This document shows positions 39,407 through 49,311 of a DNA stretch of 64,000 nt, piece after piece. This DNA is from Candidatus Eiseniibacteriota bacterium (GTDB taxonomy: Bacteria > Eisenbacteria > RBG-16-71-46 > JABDJR01): NCBI GenBank assembly GCA_963783375.1, contig CAWANH010000029.1:1472001-1536000 (forward strand), in the 5' to 3' direction. The position numbers were made by a program, and so were the translations under genes. The notes beneath the pieces are model-generated. The model was not told the DNA's origin and did not search any database. It saw only the letters and a program-made list of their open reading frames with translations. The stretch's first letter is position 1. Each line of letters starts with the position of its first letter.

Positions 39407-39942
39407 TCAGGGGTTCCTCCCGGGGGGTTGATCCCGCGTTTCCGGCTCAGCCAGGGTTCGCAAGTAGGCTAGGTCCACGATCTGCTCACCGGAGAGAGTG
39501 TTTCCATAGGCGGGCATGAGAATCGACTTGTTCATTCCGCGCCCGCCCTGGGACACCACCTCCTTCAGGGTTTCGTCCGAAATGGCGTCCTGGTACTTCA
39601 GGTCGGTGAGATCTCGAGGTTTCGGGTCGAGGTTGTACGCGTTGAAGCCGTCTCCCCGGCCCCCTTCCCCATGGCACGCCGAGCAGTAGTGGTGAAACAG
39701 GCGCATTCCCCGTCGCTCGGCGTAGCTGAAGAGGAAGAGGGTGTCCGGGAGCGCTTGCCCCTCGGCGACGGCCGTCCCCCCCCGGCGGCGGCGGTGGATT
39801 CGGCGACCACGCCCGGGCTGTCCCCCGCCCCGGCCGCCCCGTGGTCCCCATTCGTCTCCGGGCTCGTCTTCACGCATCCGTCCCTGCCGGCCACGACCGG
39901 TCCGAGTGCAACATTCATTGCCGGCCAAGCCCGTCGCATCAT
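39407..39942 (-). pseudogene. Class I monoheme cytochrome c (frameshift in the C8 run at 39776-39783; N-terminus looks damaged)
   Basis: YCSACHGEGGRGDG, PKPRDLT, MPAYG.TLS; ATGA overlap at 39939-39942. Confidence 0.7.
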
Positions 39943-40442
39943 CCTCCCCGTATCGTCATGAGGTAGGCGGCGATACTCTTCGCCTCGTGCTCGCTCATTC
40001 CCGCCTCAGGCTCCATGGTTCCAGGGCGATATCGGGCCGGATCCTCCAACCATCGGACGATCCAGCCTGGCTGTAACCGGTCTTCGGCTCCGTCCAGCGG
40101 AGGCCCCACGGATCCTCCCCGGGAACCGAGGTGACCTCGTGGGAGTAGGCCTTCGCCGAGACCGGATCCGCCGGGGGGGACGGGTTGCGCTCGCCGGAGA
40201 GTCGGCTCACCACCAGCCGGTGCGCGCAGAAGTCGAGAGACATCGAGAACTGGCTCCGGTCGTAGGGTATCGCCGAGGTCGTGAATCCCTCGGGTCACGT
40301 ACAGCGGTGCGCGCCACCAGTGGTTGAGCCGGCGCGCGTGAGCCAGGCGCACCTTGCCCACGATCTGGGTCCAGCGATGCAGGGTCAGATAGGTCGGCTC
40401 CCACTCACCGAGCGGCAACGCGGGCCATGCCGGGGGTTCCAT
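39939..40442 (-). pseudogene. Chimeric remnant: DUF5996-like fragments joined to a cytochrome c C-terminus
   Basis: WPALP..EW..T..TLHRWTQIVGKVRL...NHWW and AYSHEVTS (DUF5996-like), then GGSVGPPLDG...WIVRWLEDP...PGTMEP...IAAYL with no CxxCH. Confidence 0.6.
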
Positions 40443-40461
40443 TCGCTCCCCCCAATCGCCG

Positions 40462-41013
40462 TCAGGCGTCCACGAAATCCACGAACCCCGCCACGTAGCG
40501 GGCCAACCGCTCCCGAACCGCGTCGTCGACCAGCTTGCCGGAATCGTCGAACGCCTGGCCGGCGGCGGGGACGTAGATCTGGCGGCCGGACCAGAGCTGG
40601 ACGCCGAGGACCCGGAGCACCGGCAACCAGGCGGCCTGGGCCATCCGGGTTCCGCCCGAACCGGTGGAAGCGCCGATCAGCCCGACCGGCTTGCCGCCGA
40701 ATACGCGCGGGATGTCCCTTGCCGGCCGGGAAAGCCAGTCGACCGCGTTCTTGAACACGCCGGGGATGGAATTGTTGTACTCCGGGGTCGCCAGCAGCAG
40801 GCCGTCGGCCGCGACGATCCGCTCCTTCAGCGCGCTCACCGGCTCCGGAGACCCGTTCGCGACATCCCGGTCGGCGTCGTAGAGCGGGATGCCGGCGATC
40901 GACGCGGTCTCCAACGTCACTCCGGCCGGTGCGAGCTCCGCCGCCGCCCGCAGCAGGGCGGAGTTGTACGATCCCGCGCGCAGGCTGCCGGCGATTCCGA
41001 TGATGGTGCTCAT
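40462..41013 (-). CDS. NADPH-dependent FMN reductase (flavodoxin-like)
   Basis: GSLRAGSYN, TPEYNNSIPGVFKNAVDWLSR. Confidence 0.93.
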   Translation of the reverse strand: MSTIIGIAGSLRAGSYNSALLRAAAELAPAGVTLETASIAGIPLYDADRDVANGSPEPVSALKERIVAADGLLLATPEYNNSIPGVFKNAVDWLSRPARDIPRVFGGKPVGLIGASTGSGGTRMAQAAWLPVLRVLGVQLWSGRQIYVPAAGQAFDDSGKLVDDAVRERLARYVAGFVDFVDA

Positions 41014-41074
41014 GTATCTCCTCCGATGCCCGGAATCGGACGCGCGCCGCGTCCTCGGGCTGTACTGCTTTCGG

Positions 41075-42109
41075 TCAATATCGATCCCGCCAGGTCATCC
41101 ATGCCCCGTGGATGTCGCAGTCGGCGAGGGACCGGGCATCCCGCTCGCCGCCCCGATACTCCACCAGCTCCAGCCGCGGCCCCGGGTCGTCCCCCAGCCA
41201 CTCGAGCGAGACCTCCATCAGATCCCGGTCCCGGCTCAACTCCGCCAGTCGCGCCGGGAAGGCCGCGCGCCAGTCTTCGCTCATCTGGTAGACGGCGTTG
41301 CTGTGGAAGACGCAGACCGGCATCCGGGGAGGCGCGTCGGCCATCAGCCCTCCCACCGTCTCCAGGGCGTCTCCCCGGACCAGCCGCGGCGGATCCTCCC
41401 GGGCCAGGCCGGCCGCGGCGCGAAGGAGTTCCAGCCGATGCACCTGATCCGGCCAGATGAGGGCTTCCATCCACCGTACGGCGTCGGGATCGGTCACATC
41501 CACCGGCGCGAGGTCGATGCCCACCCGCGCGCCGATCCCGGGGAGCGTCGAGGGAACCGGGCACGGGGCGGGGCCTCGGAGTTCGGTGCGTATCACCGCA
41601 GGAGAGGCGGGGCCGCACTCGCGACCGCCCGAGTACGCGTACCGGTAACGATCGAAGAAGAGGTTCAGGCCGGCGCTGGCCCCCACCTCGATCAGGTAGA
41701 GCGGAGAACGGCCTCCGCTCTCCCAGGCCAGGGAGAGAGCAGGGAGGAGGAGCCCCGATCGTCCGACTTCGTTGGTCTGCACCCGGCGCGTCCGGACCAG
41801 CTCGCGGATCGCGCCCTCGTGCCGCCGGCAGAAGTCGACGAAGACCGGATAGGCCCCGTCCGGGTCCTCACCACCGCCCACCGAGGGGTAAAGACGGCGG
41901 AGGGGGTGCTCCGCGCCGCTCAGGAGAAGATAGTGGACCGCACCGAAGAGGAGGTTCACCGGCGGATGCCCCTGCCGCCCGCCCCGGGCGAGGGAGAGGA
42001 TGGAGTCGTCCGCCGAGACGCCTTCCGCGAGCGCCTCGTAGAGCGGGGCCCGACCGGCGCACATGCCGGCGAAGAACCGGAACTCCCGCGCGATCTCTTC
42101 GAGTTCCAT
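41075..42109 (-). CDS. DUF2332-family protein
   Basis: ATG 42109 after GGAG; LLFGAVHYL, VQTNEVGRS, IEVGASAGLNL..D.Y, GIDLAP, LIWPDQ. Confidence 0.82.
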   Translation of the reverse strand: MELEEIAREFRFFAGMCAGRAPLYEALAEGVSADDSILSLARGGRQGHPPVNLLFGAVHYLLLSGAEHPLRRLYPSVGGGEDPDGAYPVFVDFCRRHEGAIRELVRTRRVQTNEVGRSGLLLPALSLAWESGGRSPLYLIEVGASAGLNLFFDRYRYAYSGGRECGPASPAVIRTELRGPAPCPVPSTLPGIGARVGIDLAPVDVTDPDAVRWMEALIWPDQVHRLELLRAAAGLAREDPPRLVRGDALETVGGLMADAPPRMPVCVFHSNAVYQMSEDWRAAFPARLAELSRDRDLMEVSLEWLGDDPGPRLELVEYRGGERDARSLADCDIHGAWMTWRDRY

Positions 42110-42330
42110 GGGATGCTCCAATCCACGTGGAAGGGGTTGCGGCCCGCCGGCCGATCGGGACGGATCGGGGTCATGCCGACCGGATGACAATGCCACAACC
42201 TCTTCAGGCATCACAATCTCCCCGGTCCCGCCACCCTTCGACCGCGGGCCCTCCGGTTTCGTTTGCGCGGTGGATGCCCTACAATCCTTCGATCCCTAAA
42301 CGCCACCGTCCTCCATCACCGAGACCGTTC

Positions 42331-45300
42331 ATGAGCACTTCCCTCCAGGCTTCCGTCCGCAACTGTTTCGGCTCGGCAACCCGTTCCCGGGGCGACGCCT
42401 ACTACGCCTCCGGCCGGGTGGCCCCGCTCCGGAACGCCGGGCCGGACCGGGTCGGCGCGGTGGTCCGCGGATCGAGAGCGTACCAGGTCGATCTTCGCCG
42501 CTCCGGCACGACCATTCAGGCCTCGTGCACCTGCCCGTTTCTCCAGCGGGAGCTGGAGCCGTGCAAGCACGTCTGGGCGGCGCTTCGGACGGCGCTGGAG
42601 GCGGGGCATCTGGCCGGAGCCGACGGCGAGCCCCCGACCTACGTGAGCGTGGACACCGACGAGCTTCTGGATCACTTTCTCGATGAAGGTGATGAGGACG
42701 AAGAGGATGCCTCCGGGTCCCCCGCCCCGCGGGAGAGCGACCGGGTAGGGCTCCGGTCGCGGAGCCTCGGCGGCGGGCGGACCCGAGGCCGCCGAAAGCC
42801 GCCGCCCCGCCCCAAGCCCGTGAACTGGAAAGAGGCGATCTCCTCGGTGCAAGGCGCTCAGGAGTCCGTTCCGTCCGGAATCGAGCCGGCCGACGATCCG
42901 GACGCCCGGCGGATCATCTACGTCATCGACGTCGAGGAATCGGCCCGATCGGAAGCCCTCTGTGTTTCGGTGGAGACCCAGGAGCGAAAGGTGAACGGAG
43001 ACTGGGGAAAGCCGAAGACCGTTCGCCGTCTTTCCAGTGAGAGCAAGCTCGCGAGTCCCGACGACCGCGGGATTGCCAGCCTGCTGTTCGGCGATTCGTT
43101 CGCCGCGCCTAGGTGGACGAGCTACGGGTACTCGGATTTCGGAAACGGCGATCGATTCAGATACCTCTCGACCTGGGTCGCCGAGACCGCACTTCCCCTC
43201 CTCTGCCGCACCGGCCGGTGCTTCCTGAAAGAGGAGCGAGAGGCGGCCATCGGCCCCGAGCCCCTCCGATGGGACGCGGAGGGGGATCCCTGGCGGTTCG
43301 GGCTGGAACTGGTCCCCACGGAGGGGAAGCCGGGGTACGACCTCCGGGGGATCCTCCGCCGGGACGGCGAGACGCTCCCCCTTTCCGACCCGCAACTCGT
43401 GTTCGCGGGAGGGGCGATCCTGTTCGAGGACCGTGCCGCCCCTCTCGATGTCCGCGGAGGCTCGGCCTGGATCGCGCTCCTGGGGAAGGCGGGCGCAGTG
43501 CATGTCCCCGGCCGGGAAATCGACCGCTTTCTGGCCCGGTTCTACGACACCCACCCTCGTCCCCCCCTGACCCTTCCGGACGAGTTCAAGCTGGAGAGCG
43601 TTCGGAGCGCGCCCCGGTTCCACCTCGAGGTAGCCACCGGTGGACGGGGGAGGCGGCTCAAGACCTCCCGGCTTCCCTGCCGCCTGCTCTTCCGCTACGG
43701 GGATCTGACCATTCCCTGGGCCGGGGCCCACGGCGATCCGGTCGACCTCGCGGCCCGGCGCGTCTTCCTTCGGGACCCCGATGCGGAGCGCGGCGCAGCC
43801 CGGCGCCTTCACGAGCTGGGTCTCCTCCGCCGTCGGGACCGATGGGATGGGCAGGGTTCTTTCGAGATCCCCTCCCGGAGCCTTCCCGAAGTGGTGCGGG
43901 CCCTCATCGAAGAGGGGTGGACGGTGGAAGCGGAAGGAAAGCTCGTCCGCGGCTCGGGGCGGTTCGACGTCCAGCTCGTTTCGGGTGTGGACTGGTTCGA
44001 TCTTCAGGGAGGAGCCACCTTCGGCGGCGGAACCGCCCGGCTTCCGGAGCTCCTTCGCGCCCTCAAGCACGGCGAACACTGGGTGAAGCTGGACGACGGC
44101 TCCTTCGGCATCCTCGCCGAGGAGTGGCTCCAGGGATTCGGGGATCTGGCCCGGTTGGGCGAGGTGGACGGAGACGCCCTTCGTTTCCGGCGCTCGCAGA
44201 TCGGTCTTCTCGACGTCCTCCTGGCCCAGGAACCCAACGTGGACGTGGACGCCGGGTTCCGGCGAGCCCGGGAGGAGCTCCGCAGCTTCGAAGGCATCAC
44301 CCCCGAGGACCCTCCCCCCTCCTTTCAGGGGACCCTTCGGGACTACCAGCGCGAGGGCCTCGGTTGGTTCCGCTTCCTCGACCGGTTCGGCTTCGGCGGC
44401 TGCCTGGCCGACGACATGGGGCTGGGAAAGACCGTCCAGGTGCTGGCCCTGCTCGCCTCGTTCCCCAGGACCACCGGCAAGCGAAAGCCCTCCCTCGTCG
44501 TGGCCCCGCGATCCCTGGTTTTCAATTGGCTGGAGGAGGCCGCTCGATTCACCCCCCGGCTCCGCTGGCGGGACCACACCGGCATCGGCCGGCGCCGGGA
44601 CGCCCGCGCGTTTTCCCGGTGCGACGTGGTGATCACCACCTACGGGACCCTTCGCCGGGACGTCGCTCTCTTCCGCGAGACGGAGTTCGAGTGCATCGTG
44701 CTGGACGAGGCCCAGGCGATCAAGAATGCGCGGACCCAGGCGTCGCGGGCGGTGCGCCTCCTCCGCGGCCGCCGGCGCCTCGCGCTTTCCGGAACCCCGA
44801 TAGAGAACCACCTGGGGGAACTCTGGAGCCTGTTCGAGTTCCTGAACCCCGGCGTGCTCGGCCGCGCCGCCGCGTTCCGATCCATCGCCAAGCAGGCCGC
44901 CGAGGTGGACTCCCGATCCCGGGATCTCCTGGCCCGCGCCGCCCGTCCCTTCATCCTCCGCCGCACCAAGGCGCAGGTCGCCCGGGAGCTTCCCGCGCGA
45001 ACCGAACAGACCCTCTACTGCGAGATGAACAAGGAGCAACGGCGTCTCTACGACGAGCTCCTCGCCCACTACCGTTCCGCGCTCATGTCGCGGGTCGAGG
45101 AAAAGGGGATCGAGCGCTCGCGGATACAGGTTCTCGAGGCTCTTCTGCGATTGCGCCAGGCCGCCTGCCACCCCGGTCTGATCGACCGCGGCCGCCGGGA
45201 GGAACCGAGCGCCAAGCTCGACGCCCTCTTCCCGCAGATTGAGGAGATCCTGACCGAAGACCACAAGGCCCTGGTCTTCTCCCAGTTCACCAGCTTCCTC

Positions 45301-45714
45301 TCCATCGTGCGGGACCGCCTGGACGCGGCGGGAACGCCCTACGCCTACCTGGACGGCCGCACCCGCAAGCGGGCCGGGGTGGTGCGCAGGTTCCAGGAGG
45401 ATCCGGACTGCCCCCTCTTCCTCATCAGCCTGAAGGCGGGAGGGCTCGGCCTCAACCTGACCGCGGCCGAGTACGTGTATCTCCTGGATCCGTGGTGGAA
45501 CCCCGCGGTGGAGGCCCAGGCCATCGACCGGACCCATCGGATCGGGCAGACCCGTCCCGTCTTCGCCTACCGGATGGTCGTCCGGAACACGGTCGAGGAG
45601 CGGATCCTCGAGCTGCAGTCCGCCAAGAAGGAGCTTGCCGACTCCATCATCCGCGCCGACGACCGGACCGGGTTCCGCCTCACCCGGGAGGACCTGGAGC
45701 TCCTGCTCTCGTAG
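42331..45714 (+). CDS. SWIM zinc-finger SNF2-family helicase/ATPase
   Basis: SCTCP...CKH (SWIM); LRDYQ, LADDMGLGKT, DEAQ, SGTPIEN, FSQF, SLKAGGLGLNL, QAIDRTHRIGQ. Confidence 0.95.
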   Translation: MSTSLQASVRNCFGSATRSRGDAYYASGRVAPLRNAGPDRVGAVVRGSRAYQVDLRRSGTTIQASCTCPFLQRELEPCKHVWAALRTALEAGHLAGADGEPPTYVSVDTDELLDHFLDEGDEDEEDASGSPAPRESDRVGLRSRSLGGGRTRGRRKPPPRPKPVNWKEAISSVQGAQESVPSGIEPADDPDARRIIYVIDVEESARSEALCVSVETQERKVNGDWGKPKTVRRLSSESKLASPDDRGIASLLFGDSFAAPRWTSYGYSDFGNGDRFRYLSTWVAETALPLLCRTGRCFLKEEREAAIGPEPLRWDAEGDPWRFGLELVPTEGKPGYDLRGILRRDGETLPLSDPQLVFAGGAILFEDRAAPLDVRGGSAWIALLGKAGAVHVPGREIDRFLARFYDTHPRPPLTLPDEFKLESVRSAPRFHLEVATGGRGRRLKTSRLPCRLLFRYGDLTIPWAGAHGDPVDLAARRVFLRDPDAERGAARRLHELGLLRRRDRWDGQGSFEIPSRSLPEVVRALIEEGWTVEAEGKLVRGSGRFDVQLVSGVDWFDLQGGATFGGGTARLPELLRALKHGEHWVKLDDGSFGILAEEWLQGFGDLARLGEVDGDALRFRRSQIGLLDVLLAQEPNVDVDAGFRRAREELRSFEGITPEDPPPSFQGTLRDYQREGLGWFRFLDRFGFGGCLADDMGLGKTVQVLALLASFPRTTGKRKPSLVVAPRSLVFNWLEEAARFTPRLRWRDHTGIGRRRDARAFSRCDVVITTYGTLRRDVALFRETEFECIVLDEAQAIKNARTQASRAVRLLRGRRRLALSGTPIENHLGELWSLFEFLNPGVLGRAAAFRSIAKQAAEVDSRSRDLLARAARPFILRRTKAQVARELPARTEQTLYCEMNKEQRRLYDELLAHYRSALMSRVEEKGIERSRIQVLEALLRLRQAACHPGLIDRGRREEPSAKLDALFPQIEEILTEDHKALVFSQFTSFLSIVRDRLDAAGTPYAYLDGRTRKRAGVVRRFQEDPDCPLFLISLKAGGLGLNLTAAEYVYLLDPWWNPAVEAQAIDRTHRIGQTRPVFAYRMVVRNTVEERILELQSAKKELADSIIRADDRTGFRLTREDLELLLS

Positions 45715-45813
45715 GTCGACCCATTCAGGAGGCCGTGTCGCGAGGGGGAGCGGATGCCCGCCGCCGCAGCGGGTTCGTGAATGGGTCGGGCCGGCTTGGG
45801 TATACTTCCCCCG

Positions 45814-46875
45814 ATGTCCGCTTCCCCGGCCCCCCACCCCATCGAGTCCCATCTCGTCCACTGGCCCCGGCTCCCGTGGCCGGCGGACTGGGACGCGGTC
45901 TTCGGGCGCGCGGCTCCCCTCGCCCTCGAGCTGGGGTTCGGGAACGGCGAGTTCCTGGAAGGGCTGGTGCGCGAGCGGCCCGACGTGAACTGGGTCGGCG
46001 CCGAGCTCTCCTGGGCCTCGGCCCGCCGGCTCCTCGGCCGCCTGGAGCGTCTGGCGGCGCCGAACGCGCGGGTGCTGGTAGGCGACGGGGTGTTTCTCCT
46101 CGAACATCTCTTCCCCCGCGGCTCCCTGGACGAGATCTACGTCAACCACCCCGACCCCTGGCCGAAGAAACGCCATCACGGGAGGCGGGTCGTCCAGCCG
46201 GGGTTTCTGGATCTGGCGGCCCGGCGGCTCCGGCCGGGAGGGAGGCTGACCGTGGTCACCGACCACGCGGACTACGCGGACTGGATCGCCGGGGTCCTGG
46301 AGGGGCAGGCCGCGCTCGAGCCGGCTCACGGCGCCACCCGCGTCCCGGAGCTTCCGGGCCGCGCCGCCACCAAGTACGAGCGGAAGGGCCGCGAGGCCGG
46401 CTCGCGCATCCACTATTTCGTCTGGCGGAAAACGACGGCGGGAGGGCCCGAGCCCCCCCACGTGGAGACCCTGAACACCATGCCCAACGTCATGCTGGAA
46501 GGCACCGTCTCCGGAACCGATCTGCTTCCGGGGTTCGAACCCCGCACCTGGGCCGAGGAACGGGCGGGCGGCCGCGTCCTCGTCCAACTCCTGGGCGTGT
46601 TCGCCCGCGCCGACGGGGGCGAATGGATGGTGGAAGCCCGCATCCAGGAAGGCGGCTTCACCCAGCACGTGGGCATCTCGGTCATCCCGAAAACCGACGA
46701 GCGCATCCTGATCAAACCGGCCTCCTACGGCTTTCCCCGCCCGACCTTCGGGCTCAAGCGGGCGGTGCGACGGGTGGCCGGACTCGTTCTCGCCGCGCAC
46801 CCGGAACTCAGGATCCACGCTTCGTCGGTGGGCGCGCCGGACCCCGGACCCTCCCCCACCGGGGCCTCGGACTGA
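45814..46875 (+). CDS. trmB: tRNA (guanine-N7)-methyltransferase with a C-terminal extension
   Basis: LELGFGNGE, PDPWPKKRH..RR, TD, TKYERK. Confidence 0.9.
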   Translation: MSASPAPHPIESHLVHWPRLPWPADWDAVFGRAAPLALELGFGNGEFLEGLVRERPDVNWVGAELSWASARRLLGRLERLAAPNARVLVGDGVFLLEHLFPRGSLDEIYVNHPDPWPKKRHHGRRVVQPGFLDLAARRLRPGGRLTVVTDHADYADWIAGVLEGQAALEPAHGATRVPELPGRAATKYERKGREAGSRIHYFVWRKTTAGGPEPPHVETLNTMPNVMLEGTVSGTDLLPGFEPRTWAEERAGGRVLVQLLGVFARADGGEWMVEARIQEGGFTQHVGISVIPKTDERILIKPASYGFPRPTFGLKRAVRRVAGLVLAAHPELRIHASSVGAPDPGPSPTGASD

Positions 46876-46882
46876 CCGCAGC

Positions 46883-46895
46883 ACCCCCCGACACT
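46883..46895 (+). repeat. 13-bp direct repeat, copy 1 (ACCCCCCGACACT)
   Basis: Exact second copy at 53513-53525; both copies are intergenic. Confidence 0.5.
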
Positions 46896-46998
46896 ATCCC
46901 GGAATCCCCAACCCAAACCGCGCCACCGGCTTGCGGCGGGTCGCGAAGTTAGATAAGATGCTATAGATTAGGGACGTGACAGTAATCGGGGAGGCCAC

Positions 46999-47604
46999 AT
47001 GCCGAGGGAGCAGGATCATCTGAAGGACACGTCCGCGACCCCGGCCGACCTGGAGTCCACCGCCGTCCTCCTGGCCCAGGTGCGTGAGGGGGACGAGGCG
47101 GCCCGGAACCGGCTCGTTCGCCGATATCTCCCCATCCTGGAGCGCTGGGCCCGGGGACGACTCCCCGCCCGGGCCCGCGGTCTGGCCGACACCGACGATC
47201 TTGTGCAGGTAACCCTGCTCCGGGCGTTGGATAGGGTGAAGGACTTCGAACCCCGCCGGGAGGGCGCGTTCCTCGCCTACCTCCGGCGGATCCTTCGGAA
47301 CCAGATCCTGGACCATCTCCGACGGGCGGACCGGCGACCGAGCAACGAGTTGCTCGACGAACGCCTTCCCGCCGGGGACCCCTCCCCGCTGGAATCGATG
47401 GTGGGGGTGGAAACCCTGGCCGCCTACGAGGGCGCCCTGGACCGGCTATCCGATGAACAGCGGGAGGCGGTGGTCCTCAGGATCGAGTTCGGCTTCACCT
47501 ACGAGCAGATCGCCGAGGCCATCGGGAGCCCGTCCTGGAACGCGGCCCGCATGACGGTATCCCGGGCCCTGGTGCGGCTGGCGGAGTGCATGCATGCAGG
47601 ATGA
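46999..47604 (+). CDS. ECF sigma factor (kinase-associated)
   Basis: GGAGG RBS; DTDDLVQ, FLAYLRRILRNQILD, LSDEQREAVVLR.E.G.TYEQIA...RMTVSRAL. Confidence 0.92.
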   Translation: MPREQDHLKDTSATPADLESTAVLLAQVREGDEAARNRLVRRYLPILERWARGRLPARARGLADTDDLVQVTLLRALDRVKDFEPRREGAFLAYLRRILRNQILDHLRRADRRPSNELLDERLPAGDPSPLESMVGVETLAAYEGALDRLSDEQREAVVLRIEFGFTYEQIAEAIGSPSWNAARMTVSRALVRLAECMHAG

Positions 47605-49300
47605 ACACGATACCCTGACCCGGCTCGCCCGCTCGGTCTCGGACGGAGACGCCGTCGACTGGGAGAAGGAGCTTCTCGAGAACTCGGGGCTCCGGACGGT
47701 GGTCGAACGTCTCCGCACGGTCCAGAGAATCGGCGAGCTGTCGCAATCGCCCCCCGAGGTTCCGACCCCCGGTGGCCTCTCGCCGGAGGGCGTGATGGGA
47801 ACCATCCGGTTCCACGACCTTCCCACCTGGGGCCCCCTGACCCTGATCGAGCGGATCGGCCAGGGATCCTTCGGAGAGGTCTACCTGGCCCACGATCCCA
47901 CCCTGGACCGCGACGTCGCCCTGAAGCTGCGCAATCCGGGCGTGGTCAAGGACGACTCCACCTTTCTTCGCGAGGCCCGGCGTCTGGCCCGGATCCGCCA
48001 TCCCAACGTCCTCACCGTGTACGGGGCCGACCGCCACGAAGGCCGCGCCGGGCTGTGGTGCGATCTCATCCAGGGGAAGACGCTCGAGGCATCCCTGGCC
48101 GATCAGGGGTCCTTCAGCTCCCGCGAGACCGCCCTGATCGGGGTCGAACTCTGCCGGGCGCTGGCCGCGGTCCATTCCGCGGGCCTGGTGCACGGAGACG
48201 TGAAGACCCAGAACGTCATGCGGGAAGAGGGCGGGAAGATCGTCCTCATGGACTTCAGCTCGGCCATCGACCGGGATCCCGACCGGATCCCGGAAGAGGA
48301 GAAGGGCACCTCGGGAACCCCGCTCTTCATGGCCCCGGAGCTCTTCCACGGGGAAGCCATGACCCCGTCCTCCGACATCTATTCCCTGGGAGTCGTCCTC
48401 TACCGCCTGGTGAGCGGCCGCTACCCGGTGGAAGCCGAGAGCTTCGCGGAGCTTCGGGAAAAGCACGATCGGATGGAGACCACTCCCCTCCTCGACGTAC
48501 GCCCCGACCTGTCCTCCGGTTTCGTCCAGGTCGTGGCCCGGGCCATCGCCCGCGATCCCAAGGACCGGTACCGGAGCGCGGGGGAGATGGAACGCGCGCT
48601 TTGCCTGGCCCTCCACGGGGAGTCGGAGAACCGGCCCGAGTCGCGGTTTCCGCGGCTCCAGGTTTGGATCCTGGCCGCCGCCGCCACCGCTCTGGTAATC
48701 GCCGCCGCGGTCTTCGGCCCGCGCATGCTGGCCACGCCTTTCGAGGCCCGGGCGTCCCTGTTCAGAGTGGGTCCGAACGCCGACGAACGGCTGGTGGAAG
48801 GCGCAGCGATCGCTCCCGGCGACCAGCTCTTCCTCGAGATCGAGGGCTCGAAGCCCTGCAACGTCTACGTGGTGAACGAGGACGACGCCCGCCACGGCTA
48901 CCTGCTCTTTCCCCTGGATGGCCTGGACGTGGTCAACCCACTCCCCGCCGGGACGGCGGTCCGCCTCCCGGGTACGGTGGACGGCACGCCGTTCTACTGG
49001 GACGTGACCAGTTCCGGCGGGAGCGAGGTGCTCCTGGTGGTGGCTTCCCGGAAGCCGCTCCCCGATCTGGAGCGGGAGCTGGCCGGTCTGACCCCCGCGC
49101 AACCGGGGGGACCGGTCGAGATCGGGAAGCCGGAGGTAATCGACCGGCTCCGCGGCATCGGCGGGTTCTCCGCCCGCCGCTCCGAGGCCCCGGAGGGAGC
49201 GCCCCGCGTCGCCGACATCAACCGCCGGGTCTCGCTCAAGACCTCTCGCCATAGCGGCGTCTGGTCGTGGGAGATCCGTCTAGCGAACTCCGGGGCATAG
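47594..49300 (+). CDS. Membrane Hanks-type Ser/Thr kinase with a C-terminal extracytoplasmic DUF4384-like domain
   Basis: IGQGSFGEVY, VALK, HGDVKTQN, DFS, GTPLFMAPE, SDIYSLG; TM WILAAAATALVIAAAVFG; GD.L.LEI...VYVVNED...LLFP...GSEVLLVVASRKP. Confidence 0.92.
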   Translation: MQDEHDTLTRLARSVSDGDAVDWEKELLENSGLRTVVERLRTVQRIGELSQSPPEVPTPGGLSPEGVMGTIRFHDLPTWGPLTLIERIGQGSFGEVYLAHDPTLDRDVALKLRNPGVVKDDSTFLREARRLARIRHPNVLTVYGADRHEGRAGLWCDLIQGKTLEASLADQGSFSSRETALIGVELCRALAAVHSAGLVHGDVKTQNVMREEGGKIVLMDFSSAIDRDPDRIPEEEKGTSGTPLFMAPELFHGEAMTPSSDIYSLGVVLYRLVSGRYPVEAESFAELREKHDRMETTPLLDVRPDLSSGFVQVVARAIARDPKDRYRSAGEMERALCLALHGESENRPESRFPRLQVWILAAAATALVIAAAVFGPRMLATPFEARASLFRVGPNADERLVEGAAIAPGDQLFLEIEGSKPCNVYVVNEDDARHGYLLFPLDGLDVVNPLPAGTAVRLPGTVDGTPFYWDVTSSGGSEVLLVVASRKPLPDLERELAGLTPAQPGGPVEIGKPEVIDRLRGIGGFSARRSEAPEGAPRVADINRRVSLKTSRHSGVWSWEIRLANSGA

Positions 49301-49311
49301 AAGGCCCGGTG

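Noticed and set aside
42316-46884. 1522-aa minus-strand ORF and other long shadow ORFs (36206-39472 +, 7999-10071 -, 22344-24704 -, 1228-3636 +, 15871-17781 -, 48994-51114 -)
   Set aside because: They are antisense or off-frame shadows of well-supported genes, expected at about 70% GC where stop codons are scarce; none has a recognisable motif
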